In this document: one piece after another, positions 21,539 through 31,203 of the stretch
Layout of the letters: every line of letters starts with the position of its first letter
Numbering within the stretch: the stretch's first letter is position 1
NCBI GenBank assembly: GCA_900542285.1
Contig: UQNF01000005.1
Span: 1,185 to 65,184, forward strand
Length of the DNA stretch: 64,000 nucleotides
DNA from: an uncultured Clostridium sp.
GTDB lineage: Bacteria; Bacillota; Clostridia; Christensenellales; CAG-138
Reading direction: 5' to 3'
Program-made: the position numbers and the translations under genes
Notes under the pieces: model-generated
The model's input: the letters and a program-made list of their open reading frames with translations, nothing else
Database searches by the model: none
What the model was told of the DNA's origin: nothing

Positions 21539-21653
21539 TATTCACAGAAAGTACACAATGTGCCCTTGCTTTTTGCAAGGTGCTATTATATAATATTATT
21601 ATAAGGTTTGATGTGAAGCTTTCGCATCAAAGAAAGTTACGGAGGAAAAAACG

Positions 21654-22076
21654 ATGAATAATGGTAGATCCAGACTCATTGCGGTTGCGCATGCAGACCT
21701 ATTGTGCGCTATCTTCTTTTTCCTGAGCCTCGCAATGGGAATCCTCAATTTTCTGTGGCCTTGGCTGGCGCCGATAATGCTTCTGCTTGCAATCGTTCTG
21801 TTCGTGTTTGATTCCAACTCCTTTGTGAGGAAATGCATGATTCAGATACTGGTGTTCAGCCTCATTTCAGCCCTGTCGTCCTTGATCTTCGGAAAGTGGC
21901 TTGCCTCCATCGAGGTCATCTCATGGCTGTTCAAGACGATAGATTGGATTATCCGTTCGCTTATTGCGCTGTTCACGCTTATCAGCGGTTTGCAGGCGCT
22001 GAATGGAAAACTGTTCAATCCCCCCATTATCGGCAAGCTGGTGAATGGGATATGCAATGCGCTTCGCGTATATTGA
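21654..22076 (+). CDS. Small integral membrane protein, unknown function
   Basis: 140 aa with about four hydrophobic helices and a GGAGGA RBS. Confidence 0.5.
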   Translation: MNNGRSRLIAVAHADLLCAIFFFLSLAMGILNFLWPWLAPIMLLLAIVLFVFDSNSFVRKCMIQILVFSLISALSSLIFGKWLASIEVISWLFKTIDWIIRSLIALFTLISGLQALNGKLFNPPIIGKLVNGICNALRVY

Positions 22077-22115
22077 GCGTATGAATCGAATAAATTAGTT
22101 TAGGAGGTATATGTA

Positions 22116-22661
22116 ATGGATTTTTTTGATAAAGTAAGCAGTATGGCAAAGGAGATTGCGGACGGCGCCAAGGGTGTTGCCGGCAATGCAAAGATCTCGT
22201 TCAAAATCAGCGCCATCGAGCGCAAGATATCCGAGCTTAACGAAAAGCTGGGCGCAGCCGTCTGGTCTGAGCGCAGCGGAAAGAATGAAGTCAAGACCGA
22301 TTCGGATGAAGCTGCAGAAAACATCTCTGACATTGATGCGATCTGCGCAGAAATCGATGGGCTGTACAGTCAGATAGATGAGCTCAACGCTCAGCGCGAA
22401 GCCCTTTCCAAGGAAGCGGAAAACGAAGAAGCAGAAGGCGCCGATGGTGAACCTTCAGTAAAGCGCAGCTGTGTAATGTGCGACGCCGTGCTCGAGGATG
22501 AATGGCTTTTCTGCCCGGTATGCGGTGAACCCATCGTTCCTATTGAGCCCGAGCCTGAAAAAGAGGAAGAGCCTTCCGAGCCCGAGCCCCGCACTTGCAG
22601 CTGCGGAGCGGAGGTTTGCGGCGATCATAACTTCTGCCCCTTCTGCGGCAAAAAACTGTAA
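22116..22661 (+). CDS. Coiled-coil protein with C-terminal double zinc-ribbon
   Basis: 181 aa. Motifs CVMC...CPVC and CSCG...CPFC. The central region is acidic. Confidence 0.6.
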   Translation: MDFFDKVSSMAKEIADGAKGVAGNAKISFKISAIERKISELNEKLGAAVWSERSGKNEVKTDSDEAAENISDIDAICAEIDGLYSQIDELNAQREALSKEAENEEAEGADGEPSVKRSCVMCDAVLEDEWLFCPVCGEPIVPIEPEPEKEEEPSEPEPRTCSCGAEVCGDHNFCPFCGKKL

Positions 22662-22678
22662 ACCATAGCAAACAAATA

Positions 22679-22724
22679 AGCGCACTCGATAAGAGCTCTC
22701 CTCTTTTCGGGTGCGTTTTTGTAT
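22679..22724 (+). terminator. Intrinsic terminator after the zinc-ribbon gene
   Basis: Long imperfect hairpin GCGCAC...GTGCG followed by TTTTT. Confidence 0.55.
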
Positions 22725-22794
22725 GCCTTTCTTTCAGTCACCAAAATGCATGTGGGTGAATACCTTCATAATAAGCATAATTAAGGAGGTATCT

Positions 22795-23796
22795 ATGAAA
22801 AAAGCTACCATTGCACTGCTGATATCGGTACTTGTCCTCATGTCGTTTTTCGGATGCGCACCAAGGGACAAAGAGCTGAGGCATGTTGTGCTCAACGAGG
22901 TCACGCGCTCCGTATTCTATGCGCCGCTGTATGCCGCGGTAGGGCTTGGCTTCTTTGAAGCAGAGGGCATAGAGCTTGAGATTGTTACCGGAGGGGGAAG
23001 CGACAAGAGCATGACAGCACTTCTTTCAGGTGAAGCGGAATTTGCGCTCATGGGTCCCGAAACCGGAGTGTATGTCATAAACGAAGGGGCTTCCGACCAT
23101 CCGATGATCATCGGGCAGCTAACCAAGCGTGACGGTTCATTCCTTGTGGGGCGCGAACCAACGGAGAACTTCTCTTGGGAACAGCTTCGCGGTAAATCCG
23201 TTATCGGCGGAAGAGTCGGCGGTATGCCCTACATGACGCTCATGTATGTGCTCATGCAGAATGGGCTCACCCCCGGAGAGGATGTTGAAGTCATTAGCAA
23301 CATCCAGTTTAATCTTATGGGCGGAGCGTTCGAGGGCGGAACCGGGGACTATGTAACGCTGTTTGAGCCTACTGCGACTCTATTCCAACAAAACGGCAGC
23401 GGCTATATCGTTGCTAATATCGGTCTCGAATCCGGAGAAGTTCCGTACACCACATTTATGACCATGCCTGCTACAATAAAAAACGATCCCGAACTCGTCG
23501 GCTCATTCATCCGTGCAATAGTCAAGGCACAGAAATGGGTGCAGGCTGCAACCGACGGTGAGATCGCTGAGGCAATGGCCCCCTTCTTCCCCGACGCCGA
23601 CAAGCCAACGCTTGAGATCGTTGCAAAGAGCTATCGTGAAACCGACTCCTGGATGCAGGCCCCTGTCATGACCGAAGATGCTTTTACAAGGCTTCAGGAC
23701 ATTATGGAAGCCAACGGAGAGCTTAAAGCGAGAGTGAGCTTTGACGAGCTCATCGACAACTCCTTTGCGGAGAGCATACTAAAAGAGATGGATTAG
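22795..23796 (+). CDS. NMT1/THI5-like (SsuA/ThiY-type) ABC substrate-binding lipoprotein, orphan
   Basis: Start at MKKATIALL with an AAGGAGG RBS. Lipobox FFGC. Resembles aliphatic sulfonate/HMP-binding proteins. No cognate permease or ATPase is adjacent. Confidence 0.65.
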   Translation: MKKATIALLISVLVLMSFFGCAPRDKELRHVVLNEVTRSVFYAPLYAAVGLGFFEAEGIELEIVTGGGSDKSMTALLSGEAEFALMGPETGVYVINEGASDHPMIIGQLTKRDGSFLVGREPTENFSWEQLRGKSVIGGRVGGMPYMTLMYVLMQNGLTPGEDVEVISNIQFNLMGGAFEGGTGDYVTLFEPTATLFQQNGSGYIVANIGLESGEVPYTTFMTMPATIKNDPELVGSFIRAIVKAQKWVQAATDGEIAEAMAPFFPDADKPTLEIVAKSYRETDSWMQAPVMTEDAFTRLQDIMEANGELKARVSFDELIDNSFAESILKEMD

Positions 23797-23806
23797 CGTA
23801 TCAAAA

Positions 23807-23848
23807 AAGCTTCTGCACGGCAAATTGCTTTGCAGAAGCTTTCTTTTC
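23807..23848. terminator. Bidirectional terminator between convergent genes
   Basis: AAGCTTCTGCA-N13-TGCAGAAGCTT flanked by an A-run and a T-run. Confidence 0.75.
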
Positions 23849-23860
23849 ATGTAATAACGC

Positions 23861-24997
23861 CTATCTTCCGGAAATCAGCATACGCCAAGTGTCCGGGCCG
23901 ACCTTTCCATCCGCAATCAACCCTGCCCGGCTCTGAAATGTCTTGACCGATACTTCAGTCTTGGGTCCGAAATGTCCATCTACCGATGTCGTTATTCCGA
24001 ATCTATAGTTCAGCAGCGTCTGGAGCTGTCTTGTGACTGCGTAATCATAGCTCGATTTGGACTGAACATTCTTTCTTGCAAGGCTTGTCCAGGTTTCCGG
24101 GCCTACACATCCATCGACCGTAATACCGTTCCAGGTCTGGAATCTCATGACCGCTATGGCTGTATTCGTGCCGAAATTGCCGTCAACATCGAGCCCCGCA
24201 CCGATGGTTGAATTGAGCATAGCCTGCAGTACAGCAACATTCGTTCCGCTGCTTCCCTTTTTCAGTATGGGCCATGTGCCGGTCGAAGGACCCGGTGTTC
24301 CCCCTGTTTCCGGATACTTGATGCTTACGAAGCCCGTGATGTTTGAATACAGTTCAAACCTTGAAGCGACAGCACCGTGCCAGTTGCCGTCAACCATGCA
24401 GAAGCCTGCATAGTTGATACTCGCGCCGTTATTTGTAGGATAAGCTGCATCCCTCGTGACAATGCCGATATGACTTGCCCTTGACGAGCCCGACATACCG
24501 AAGCGACAGGCAAACGAATCGGACGTCGGCCAAGTCGTAATGCTGTTGGTGTTTCTGTCGTAATAGGTCTGAACATTTCTATATATTACCAAATCCCCCG
24601 CCTTCGGTGTGTATGGATTGGCGTAGTCGTTTACCGGATGAAATTCAAGAGCCTCGTTTGAATTCTCCCAATAGTCCGCAACCCTGCCGAGGGTGCTCTC
24701 CGGAATGACGGAGGTGGGTACATTCGCCCTGCGCGCACACCATTGAACAAAGTATGCGCACCATGATCCTGAGCTGTTGCCAAAGCTATTCCCGAATGCG
24801 TTCCAGCCGTTGGGTCCTTCATGATAGCCAACCTGGGACAGCGCATGCTGCACTATATCCGCACGCATGTCGCCCATGTTCTGATAAGAATAGCTGAATG
24901 GCGGTGGACAGTTGTCCGCAGACACAGTCGTTGTGCCCAAGGCCGCAGCAACCAGAATCAACGTTGCAGCGATGAAAGCGAATAAGCGTTTTTTCAT
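23861..24997 (-). CDS. Secreted cell-wall hydrolase: CHAP-like amidase/peptidase plus two PG_binding_1 repeats
   Basis: Start at MKKRLFAFIA (signal peptide). Cys motif SWCAYFVQWC typical of CHAP. Two C-terminal repeats (VDGNFGTNT...; VDGHFGPKT...) typical of peptidoglycan-binding domain 1. Confidence 0.75.
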   Translation of the reverse strand: MKKRLFAFIAATLILVAAALGTTTVSADNCPPPFSYSYQNMGDMRADIVQHALSQVGYHEGPNGWNAFGNSFGNSSGSWCAYFVQWCARRANVPTSVIPESTLGRVADYWENSNEALEFHPVNDYANPYTPKAGDLVIYRNVQTYYDRNTNSITTWPTSDSFACRFGMSGSSRASHIGIVTRDAAYPTNNGASINYAGFCMVDGNWHGAVASRFELYSNITGFVSIKYPETGGTPGPSTGTWPILKKGSSGTNVAVLQAMLNSTIGAGLDVDGNFGTNTAIAVMRFQTWNGITVDGCVGPETWTSLARKNVQSKSSYDYAVTRQLQTLLNYRFGITTSVDGHFGPKTEVSVKTFQSRAGLIADGKVGPDTWRMLISGR

Positions 24998-25153
24998 ACG
25001 TTCTGCTTCCTTTTTTGTTTTGATACCTTTCATATTAACACATGTTTTTTGAAAGTGCAATATGTCAATGGGGTAAAAATTTGAGATTCTATGTCTTGAT
25101 TATTGTATTTGCTGCATGTATAATTCTGTTATCGAAAAGAATTGGAGTCATGA

Positions 25154-25867
25154 ATGCGGGTACTGGATATTGATTTGGATTTTTTCCTCGCGGACTGCTG
25201 TCCGCTTGCGGATATGGGCAAGCGGCCCTGTCTTGCCGGACATGAGCCTTGGAGCGAAGCGGCGGTCGTTGGATTCATGGAGAACAACTGCGGCATTACC
25301 TCCCCCATCCCCGGAAGGATATTTGAAATGCACGATGCGGCCCTGAAATTCTGGCTTGAGCTGAATGCCGACGGATTGCTTACCCTTCCGTTCCACGTAA
25401 CGCATGTCGATGCTCACAGCGATCTTGGCATAGGTAAGCCGGGGCCTGCATATGTACTGAACACCGTCCTCGCAATGGAACCCTCGCTGCGTCTGAATAT
25501 TGATAATTTTTATCGTGCCGGTCAGCTTGACGAAGCCAATTACCTGCTGTTCGCGCTTGCTCTCAGGCTTATATCTTCCCTTGATAACGTCCGAAATCCC
25601 AATTCAAGACCTGATATCCCTGCTTTTGCGCATAGGGATGCATGCGGAAAATATGATTACATACAGCTTTCTTCCTTTGTTTCCAAGCTGTTTGAAGCTA
25701 AAAACGGACCGGAACCCATAATCCCATTCATGGTATTCTCGGATTATTCAGAGTTCTGCGCCGATGCGCCGTTTGACTTCATATCGGTTGCCATATCTCC
25801 AAGATACTCCCCCAAGGAAGCGGATGAGCTGCTGCCTGTTTTATCAAGATACATAAAACAAATTTAG
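25154..25867 (+). CDS. Conserved hypothetical protein, possibly UPF0489-like (DAHxD metal-site motif)
   Basis: 237 aa with N-terminal LDIDLDFF and HVDAHSDLG motifs. Assignment is from memory of the family and is tentative. Confidence 0.4.
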   Translation: MRVLDIDLDFFLADCCPLADMGKRPCLAGHEPWSEAAVVGFMENNCGITSPIPGRIFEMHDAALKFWLELNADGLLTLPFHVTHVDAHSDLGIGKPGPAYVLNTVLAMEPSLRLNIDNFYRAGQLDEANYLLFALALRLISSLDNVRNPNSRPDIPAFAHRDACGKYDYIQLSSFVSKLFEAKNGPEPIIPFMVFSDYSEFCADAPFDFISVAISPRYSPKEADELLPVLSRYIKQI

Positions 25868-25958
25868 GCCTATCTTCGCAAATATTCGCAAGAAGGCCAG
25901 AGTTTATCACAAATGTATCTTTTGGCTTTATTCCATAGCTTAAGGAATGATCCTTTCG

Positions 25959-26612
25959 CTAAAACTTCTGATGTACCCCGGTTTCGTTATACTTGGTCCA
26001 TTCCGCCACGTTTACCGCATGGTCGCCTATTCTTTCAAGATACTTGGCGACCATCATTAGCTCAATGGCCTGATCTCCGTTATTGGCGTCCACTTTGATT
26101 AGCTCGATCAGCTCGTTCTTGACCGTAAGAAACAGCTCATCCATTTCGTCATCAAGACGAATGACCTCATCTGCAAGGGGTTCATCATTATTGATGAATG
26201 AATTTACGCTGTCCCTGACCATTTTTAACGCCAGATCGCCCATGGCGGTGATGTGCGTGAGCTTTTTGATGTATGTTTCGCCCGGCATGGTGGAGACCAA
26301 ATCACCGATATCAGCGGCCTGATCCCCAAAGCGTTCGATATCGGTTATCATTTTCAGTGCAGTCGATACGACCCTAAAGTCCTTTGCTACGGGCTGCTGC
26401 TTGAGCAGGATGCGCATGCACTTTTTTTCTATCGCCATTTCGTATTCATCAACGCGCTTATCCATATCTCCTATGCTCTTCCCAAGCTCCCTATCACGGT
26501 TGACAAGGGCGGTAATAGCATCGCCGATCATCTGCTCGGTGAGATAGCACATTTCCACAAGCTCGGTCTTAAGCTCCGCGAGTTCTTCCTCAAATACTTT
26601 CCTGATAGACAT
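25959..26612 (-). CDS. phoU: Phosphate transport system regulator PhoU
   Basis: 217 aa with two PhoU repeats carrying E(R)xGD motifs (DIERFGDQAADI, LERIGDHAVNV), downstream of pstB. Confidence 0.92.
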   Translation of the reverse strand: MSIRKVFEEELAELKTELVEMCYLTEQMIGDAITALVNRDRELGKSIGDMDKRVDEYEMAIEKKCMRILLKQQPVAKDFRVVSTALKMITDIERFGDQAADIGDLVSTMPGETYIKKLTHITAMGDLALKMVRDSVNSFINNDEPLADEVIRLDDEMDELFLTVKNELIELIKVDANNGDQAIELMMVAKYLERIGDHAVNVAEWTKYNETGVHQKF

Positions 26613-26655
26613 CTTCTATACTCCTGTTCTGCATAAAACATTCATTTGCATATCA

Positions 26656-27426
26656 TTATCCGAATCTGCCCGTGATGTATCTTTCGGTGCGCTCATCATG
26701 GGGCGAGGTGAAAATGTCGTCGGTATCGCCGTATTCAACAAGCTCTCCCAGGAGGAAAAATGCGGTCTTATCCGCTATCCTTACCGCCTGCTGCATATTG
26801 TGCGTAACGATGACAATGGTCAGCTCCTTCTTCAACTCATCCATCAGCTCCTCTATCTTGCCCGTAGAGATGGGGTCGAGAGCCGAGGTCGGCTCATCCA
26901 TCAGAAGGATCTTTGGATTCGCTGCAAGAGAACGAGCGATGCATAGCCTCTGCTGCTGTCCGCCGCTCATTCCGAGTGCGTTTTTGCGAAGGCGATCCTT
27001 CACCTCGTCCCATATGCTTGCGCGCCGCAACGACTCCTCAACAATGGCGTCCAGCTCGCTTTTCTTCTTTACGCCGAATGTTCTCGGAGCAAAGGCGATA
27101 TTGTCATAAATGCTCATCGGGAAGGGGTTTGGCTTTTGAAAGACCATGCCGACGTTCTTTCTAAGCACATTCACATCCGTATCCTTATCAAAAATGTCAA
27201 TATCACCTATCCTGTATTCTCCTTCAATGCGGCAGCCCTCAACCAGGTCGTTCATCCGGTTGAATATTTTCAGAAATGTTGACTTTCCGCATCCCGAAGG
27301 TCCTATCAGAGCCGTTACCTCTTTTTCCGGGATCTCTATATTTATATCCTTTAATGCATGAAAATCACCGTAATAAAGGTTACACGCCTTTGCGGATATG
27401 TTCATGCTGCCTGTAAACTCCTTCAT
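26656..27426 (-). CDS. pstB: Phosphate ABC transporter ATP-binding protein PstB
   Basis: Walker [35 protein letters not shown], and a PstB-typical length of 256 aa. Confidence 0.95.
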   Translation of the reverse strand: MKEFTGSMNISAKACNLYYGDFHALKDINIEIPEKEVTALIGPSGCGKSTFLKIFNRMNDLVEGCRIEGEYRIGDIDIFDKDTDVNVLRKNVGMVFQKPNPFPMSIYDNIAFAPRTFGVKKKSELDAIVEESLRRASIWDEVKDRLRKNALGMSGGQQQRLCIARSLAANPKILLMDEPTSALDPISTGKIEELMDELKKELTIVIVTHNMQQAVRIADKTAFFLLGELVEYGDTDDIFTSPHDERTERYITGRFG

Positions 27427-28253
27427 TTTCCGTCTCCATAAGTCGATTTTTTGATCAGCTTCCCTATCCAGCCTGCAAGCAGATTCAGCATTATTACGAA
27501 AACAAGCAACACGACCGCTGTTGCCGCCGATTCATCCGGGTATCCATGGCTTGCGAAATAATAGATATCAAGCGCCAAGCTTGTTCCCGGCGACATAAGC
27601 GTTTCGGGTACCTTGCTGACAACCATTCCGATGGTGAGAATAAGCACTGCACTTTCAGATACAACACGGCCGATAGCGAGGATAACGGCCGTTACGATGC
27701 CTCCGGCGGCAGACGGCAGGACTATCTTAAAAATCGTCCTGACCTTGCTCGTTCCGAGAGCATATGCGCCTTCTCTGAGGCCGCTCTCAACAGCAAGCAG
27801 ACTTTCCTGCGTGGATCGGACTATCGTTGGCAGTATCATTATAGCAAGCGTGATTCCGCCGCCCAGCATTGAATATCCCCATCCACACGCAACGACAAAT
27901 ACCAAATATCCGAATAATCCGTAAACGATGCTCGGAATACCTGCAAGGGTTTCCGTTGCAACCTGTACCGTGCGAACGAATTTGCCCTTGTTATTCGTGT
28001 ATTCTACAAGGAATATTGCGCTCGCAATACCGATTGGGACGGCAATGACGGACGCTATGCCGACAAGCTCCAGCGTACCTACCAGCGCAGGCAGGATCGT
28101 TGGCGACGCAGAATTATTTCCTAATAAGAGGCCTACGGATAATTTGCCCACGCCGTTTATCAGCACATAGGCTATAACCGCAATAAGAGCAATCAGCGAG
28201 ATAACGAGCGCAGCGATGCATATTATCTTCAGAGTGGAATAAAACTTCTTCAT
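27423..28253 (-). CDS. pstA: Phosphate ABC transporter permease PstA
   Basis: 276 aa, polytopic, [20 protein letters not shown] loop. Overlaps neighbours by 4 nt. Confidence 0.9.
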   Translation of the reverse strand: MKKFYSTLKIICIAALVISLIALIAVIAYVLINGVGKLSVGLLLGNNSASPTILPALVGTLELVGIASVIAVPIGIASAIFLVEYTNNKGKFVRTVQVATETLAGIPSIVYGLFGYLVFVVACGWGYSMLGGGITLAIMILPTIVRSTQESLLAVESGLREGAYALGTSKVRTIFKIVLPSAAGGIVTAVILAIGRVVSESAVLILTIGMVVSKVPETLMSPGTSLALDIYYFASHGYPDESAATAVVLLVFVIMLNLLAGWIGKLIKKSTYGDGK

Positions 28254-29158
28254 TTATTCGCACCTCGTTTCTCCCTGCTCTCGTTTTTATCCCTTTTCAG
28301 GAATGAGAAGCTGATATTCAGGATAAGTGTGAATACGAAGAGCACAACGCCGCTTGCTATCAGCGCCGAAAGCGCATCTCCCGACAGTTCCATTGCTCCC
28401 ATAGCGATATTCGCCGTCAGCGTTCTCACGCTCTGAAAGATGCTCTTGGGCATTTCGGGGCTTCCGCCTATCACCATGATGACCGCCATCGTCTCTCCGA
28501 TCGCCCTTCCTATCGCAAGCAGTACACCCGCAAGTATTCCGCTCTTCGCAGCAGGAAGCATGACCTTGAATGTCGCCTGCTCCTTCGTTGCGCCCAGTGC
28601 AAGTGCGCCTTCATAGTATGCGCCCGGAACGCTGTTCAGCGCATCAAGGCTTACGCTTACAATGGTTGGCAGTATCATCATTCCAAGCACCAATGAAGAG
28701 GACAGAATACCATAGCCCACACCTGTTGGCGAGAGATAATCCCTTACAAACGGAACTATGACTGTCATTCCAAAGAGACCGAAGATGACCGAGGGGATGC
28801 CGGAAAGCAGGTTTATCATTTGCCTGATTGGTGGGACGAGCCTCTTGGGGCAGAATTTATACAGCGCTATCGCGGTCAAAAGCCCGATGCCGATTCCGAT
28901 AACGACCGACAATGCAGTGACATAGAACGTCGCGACTATCATCGGGAAAACGCCATAGGACGGTGAATCCGACATCGGAGACCAGTCGCTTCCAAGCAAA
29001 AACTCCTTAATTCCTGTCTTGGCCATGAACGGAATGCCGCTCACAAACAGAAATACGGTGATAGTCACAAGAGCCAGAATCGAAAATACTGCGGAGAAAA
29101 GGAACACTCCACGCATTACCTTTTCTCTTGCATTGATAAACCCGTATAAGCTTTTCAT
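28250..29158 (-). CDS. pstC: Phosphate ABC transporter permease PstC
   Basis: 302 aa, polytopic, EGALALGATKEQATFKVMLP loop. Confidence 0.9.
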   Translation of the reverse strand: MKSLYGFINAREKVMRGVFLFSAVFSILALVTITVFLFVSGIPFMAKTGIKEFLLGSDWSPMSDSPSYGVFPMIVATFYVTALSVVIGIGIGLLTAIALYKFCPKRLVPPIRQMINLLSGIPSVIFGLFGMTVIVPFVRDYLSPTGVGYGILSSSLVLGMMILPTIVSVSLDALNSVPGAYYEGALALGATKEQATFKVMLPAAKSGILAGVLLAIGRAIGETMAVIMVIGGSPEMPKSIFQSVRTLTANIAMGAMELSGDALSALIASGVVLFVFTLILNISFSFLKRDKNESREKRGANK

Positions 29159-29159
29159 C

Positions 29160-30035
29160 TTACTTGGAGAGGTCGCTCCACTTGATAACCGCCTTATCGC
29201 CGGCGTTCACATCATAGATGTTTTTAAGGTCATTGAGTGAAATATCGGTTATCGGGTTTGCCGTGTTGACGATTATCGCAATACCATCCTTGGCAACCTC
29301 GTAATATGTGCAGCTTGGAGCTTTGTCCGTATGGAAGGCTTCGGATATCATACCGAAATCGGTTACGCCGTTCTCGGCATCGTTGTAGCCGGTACCGCTG
29401 CCGCCGCCGCCAACGGTTACGCTGACCTTGCTCTGAATCTTCATGAACTCAGATGCAAGTATCTCCATCAGGGGCTTAAGGGACGTGCTTCCGGAGATAG
29501 TTATCTCGCCCGAAAGCTCCGCATTCACCGTATATGCTGCGGCTCCGTCCTTGGTTGCCACATAGCCGTTATCGCTGATAATTTTCTGAGCCTCTGCGCT
29601 CTGCAGGTAGCTAAGGAATGCCGAGTTCGCAGCGTCCTCAAGACTGCTTTCCTTATACACGACATTAAGCGGACGCGCAATAGAATAGGTTCCGTTCTTA
29701 ATATTTGCTACACTTGGTTCAACGCCGTCAACGGTCAGGATCTTGACCTCATCGGTTACATAGCCCAGGCTCTCGTATGCGATGGCGATCGGGTTACCCT
29801 TAACCTCCTGCAGCACGGCCGCTGTACCGGTCGCAACAATAACGCCCGAAACATCGGATTGACCCTTGAGGCCGATGATATCCATAAACGCGGATTTAGT
29901 TCCGCTTCCGTCTTCTCGAGTTACAACGCTGATGTTTTTGCTGTCATCAAAACCCGTTTTGCCGCAGCCTGCAATTGCCGTCAGGCAACCGACAGCAAGC
30001 GCCAGTGTCATCAGAAGTGCCAATGTTTTTTTCAT
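29160..30035 (-). CDS. pstS: Phosphate ABC transporter substrate-binding lipoprotein PstS
   Basis: Start at MKKTLALLMT with an AAAGGAG RBS. Lipobox IAGC. Phosphate-binding motifs SGTK and GSGTGY. Confidence 0.9.
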   Translation of the reverse strand: MKKTLALLMTLALAVGCLTAIAGCGKTGFDDSKNISVVTREDGSGTKSAFMDIIGLKGQSDVSGVIVATGTAAVLQEVKGNPIAIAYESLGYVTDEVKILTVDGVEPSVANIKNGTYSIARPLNVVYKESSLEDAANSAFLSYLQSAEAQKIISDNGYVATKDGAAAYTVNAELSGEITISGSTSLKPLMEILASEFMKIQSKVSVTVGGGGSGTGYNDAENGVTDFGMISEAFHTDKAPSCTYYEVAKDGIAIIVNTANPITDISLNDLKNIYDVNAGDKAVIKWSDLSK

Positions 30036-30066
30036 TTTTTTATCTCCTTTTTTGGTTTGCGCCATT

Positions 30067-30132
30067 ATTATAATGCACAAAAGCGGCTCCAACTACCACA
30101 GTCGGGTATTGAGATTGTAATTTATTTGTAAA
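30067..30132 (-). promoter_or_regulatory. Candidate Pho-regulated promoter: three PhoP-box-like direct repeats plus TATAAT
   Basis: Minus strand: TTTACA-N5-ATTACA-N5-AATACC (30105-30132), then TATAAT at 30067-30072. Confidence 0.5.
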
Positions 30133-30310
30133 TTGTTCGGTCTGCAGCCGAAATGAATTTGGTTTTATAGGGCTTGAATGTGATTATATGAAAGATCATC
30201 GCGCCGACATATGGGGCAACCCCATGAGCCGACGCGATTATAAACGATATGATAATAATGCGTTAATGAGTTAATGCTTATTTTGCTTTTTCGCAATACT
30301 ATGTTGGCTG

Positions 30311-30658
30311 TTATATGCCTGTGTCGATCGCAGCCGTTCCGTCCTCGTCCTGCCCGATCGATCCTCCTGGATCATTGGTCTCGTCATCCTCTGCTAAAAA
30401 GCTGCCATATGATTCATCGGGCTTTTCCGGTTCCTTGGGCGCAAGCCTTCTCTCACGCTCGACCGCCTCGATTATGTCGGCTTCCGCAATCACGGATTCA
30501 GCGGTGCTTCCACTCAGCTCACGCTTTAACCCATCCAGCTCGGCATGCAGCCTGTCAAGCTCCTGAATTATCTCGTCCAGGTATTTATCCACCGCCGCAA
30601 TATCGTATCCAAACAGCGAGTGCGGAAACTTTTTCGTTATTAACTCGTCCCTTGTCAT
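30311..30658 (-). CDS. DivIVA-domain cell-division protein
   Basis: Start at MTRDELITKKF with a GGAGGT RBS. N-terminal motif F..SLFGYD...VDKYLDEI followed by a coiled coil. Confidence 0.75.
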   Translation of the reverse strand: MTRDELITKKFPHSLFGYDIAAVDKYLDEIIQELDRLHAELDGLKRELSGSTAESVIAEADIIEAVERERRLAPKEPEKPDESYGSFLAEDDETNDPGGSIGQDEDGTAAIDTGI

Positions 30659-30727
30659 ATTACCTCCAATATGTGAAAGCGAGGGATCGCTATTTGCAGT
30701 CCCCAATAGAATGGCTATACGGATAGC

Positions 30728-31159
30728 TTAGTATTCCAGATCGCTTCCTATGACATCGCCGCCTGCCGGTGACACAACATAGATTCTGCCATTCACCTTA
30801 TAGAGCTTTCCGTCAACTGCACAGATCGCACCAAAGACAACATCCAGGATTCGCTGAGCGACATCACGGTTAAGCTTTTCCATGTTGACTATGACCTGAC
30901 GATTATTGCGGAGATACCCGATAATGTTTACGGCGTCCTCGTAATTGATCGGTTTATAAACGATTAGTTTCAAATCGTTTATATCGGCTTTTCCTCGGAC
31001 ACTGATCACATTTCCTGAAGCAGGCTGCCTGCGTGGACGCGGACTTACGACCTGAACCGGATTCTCGGTTATTTCCTCAGCCTCTTCATGTTCCTCTTCT
31101 TCCATATCATCGACGCCCCAGCCAAAAAACCTCTTGATTGCCTGCTTAACATTTGCCAT
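30728..31159 (-). CDS. sepF: Cell division protein SepF
   Basis: 143 aa. C-terminal SepF domain (VYKPINYEDA...VIVNMEKL...RILD...G) in yggS-sepF-divIVA synteny. Confidence 0.85.
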   Translation of the reverse strand: MANVKQAIKRFFGWGVDDMEEEEHEEAEEITENPVQVVSPRPRRQPASGNVISVRGKADINDLKLIVYKPINYEDAVNIIGYLRNNRQVIVNMEKLNRDVAQRILDVVFGAICAVDGKLYKVNGRIYVVSPAGGDVIGSDLEY

Positions 31160-31203
31160 TACTTTTTCCTCCGAAAAACTGATTTCATTTGGAGTATCAA
31201 CCC

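Noticed and set aside
25868-25958. Direct repeat TTCGCAA...TTCGCAA between the convergent UPF0489-like gene and phoU, considered as a terminator or binding site
   Set aside because: Only about 4 bp can pair, there is no U-tract, and the short 7-nt repeat could occur by chance.
29331-30131. 266-aa plus-strand ORF
   Set aside because: It is antisense to pstS and extends into the pstS promoter region, so it is a shadow ORF.
30274-30726. 150-aa plus-strand ORF
   Set aside because: It is antisense to the DivIVA-domain gene. Its translation is Pro/Arg-rich and low-complexity.
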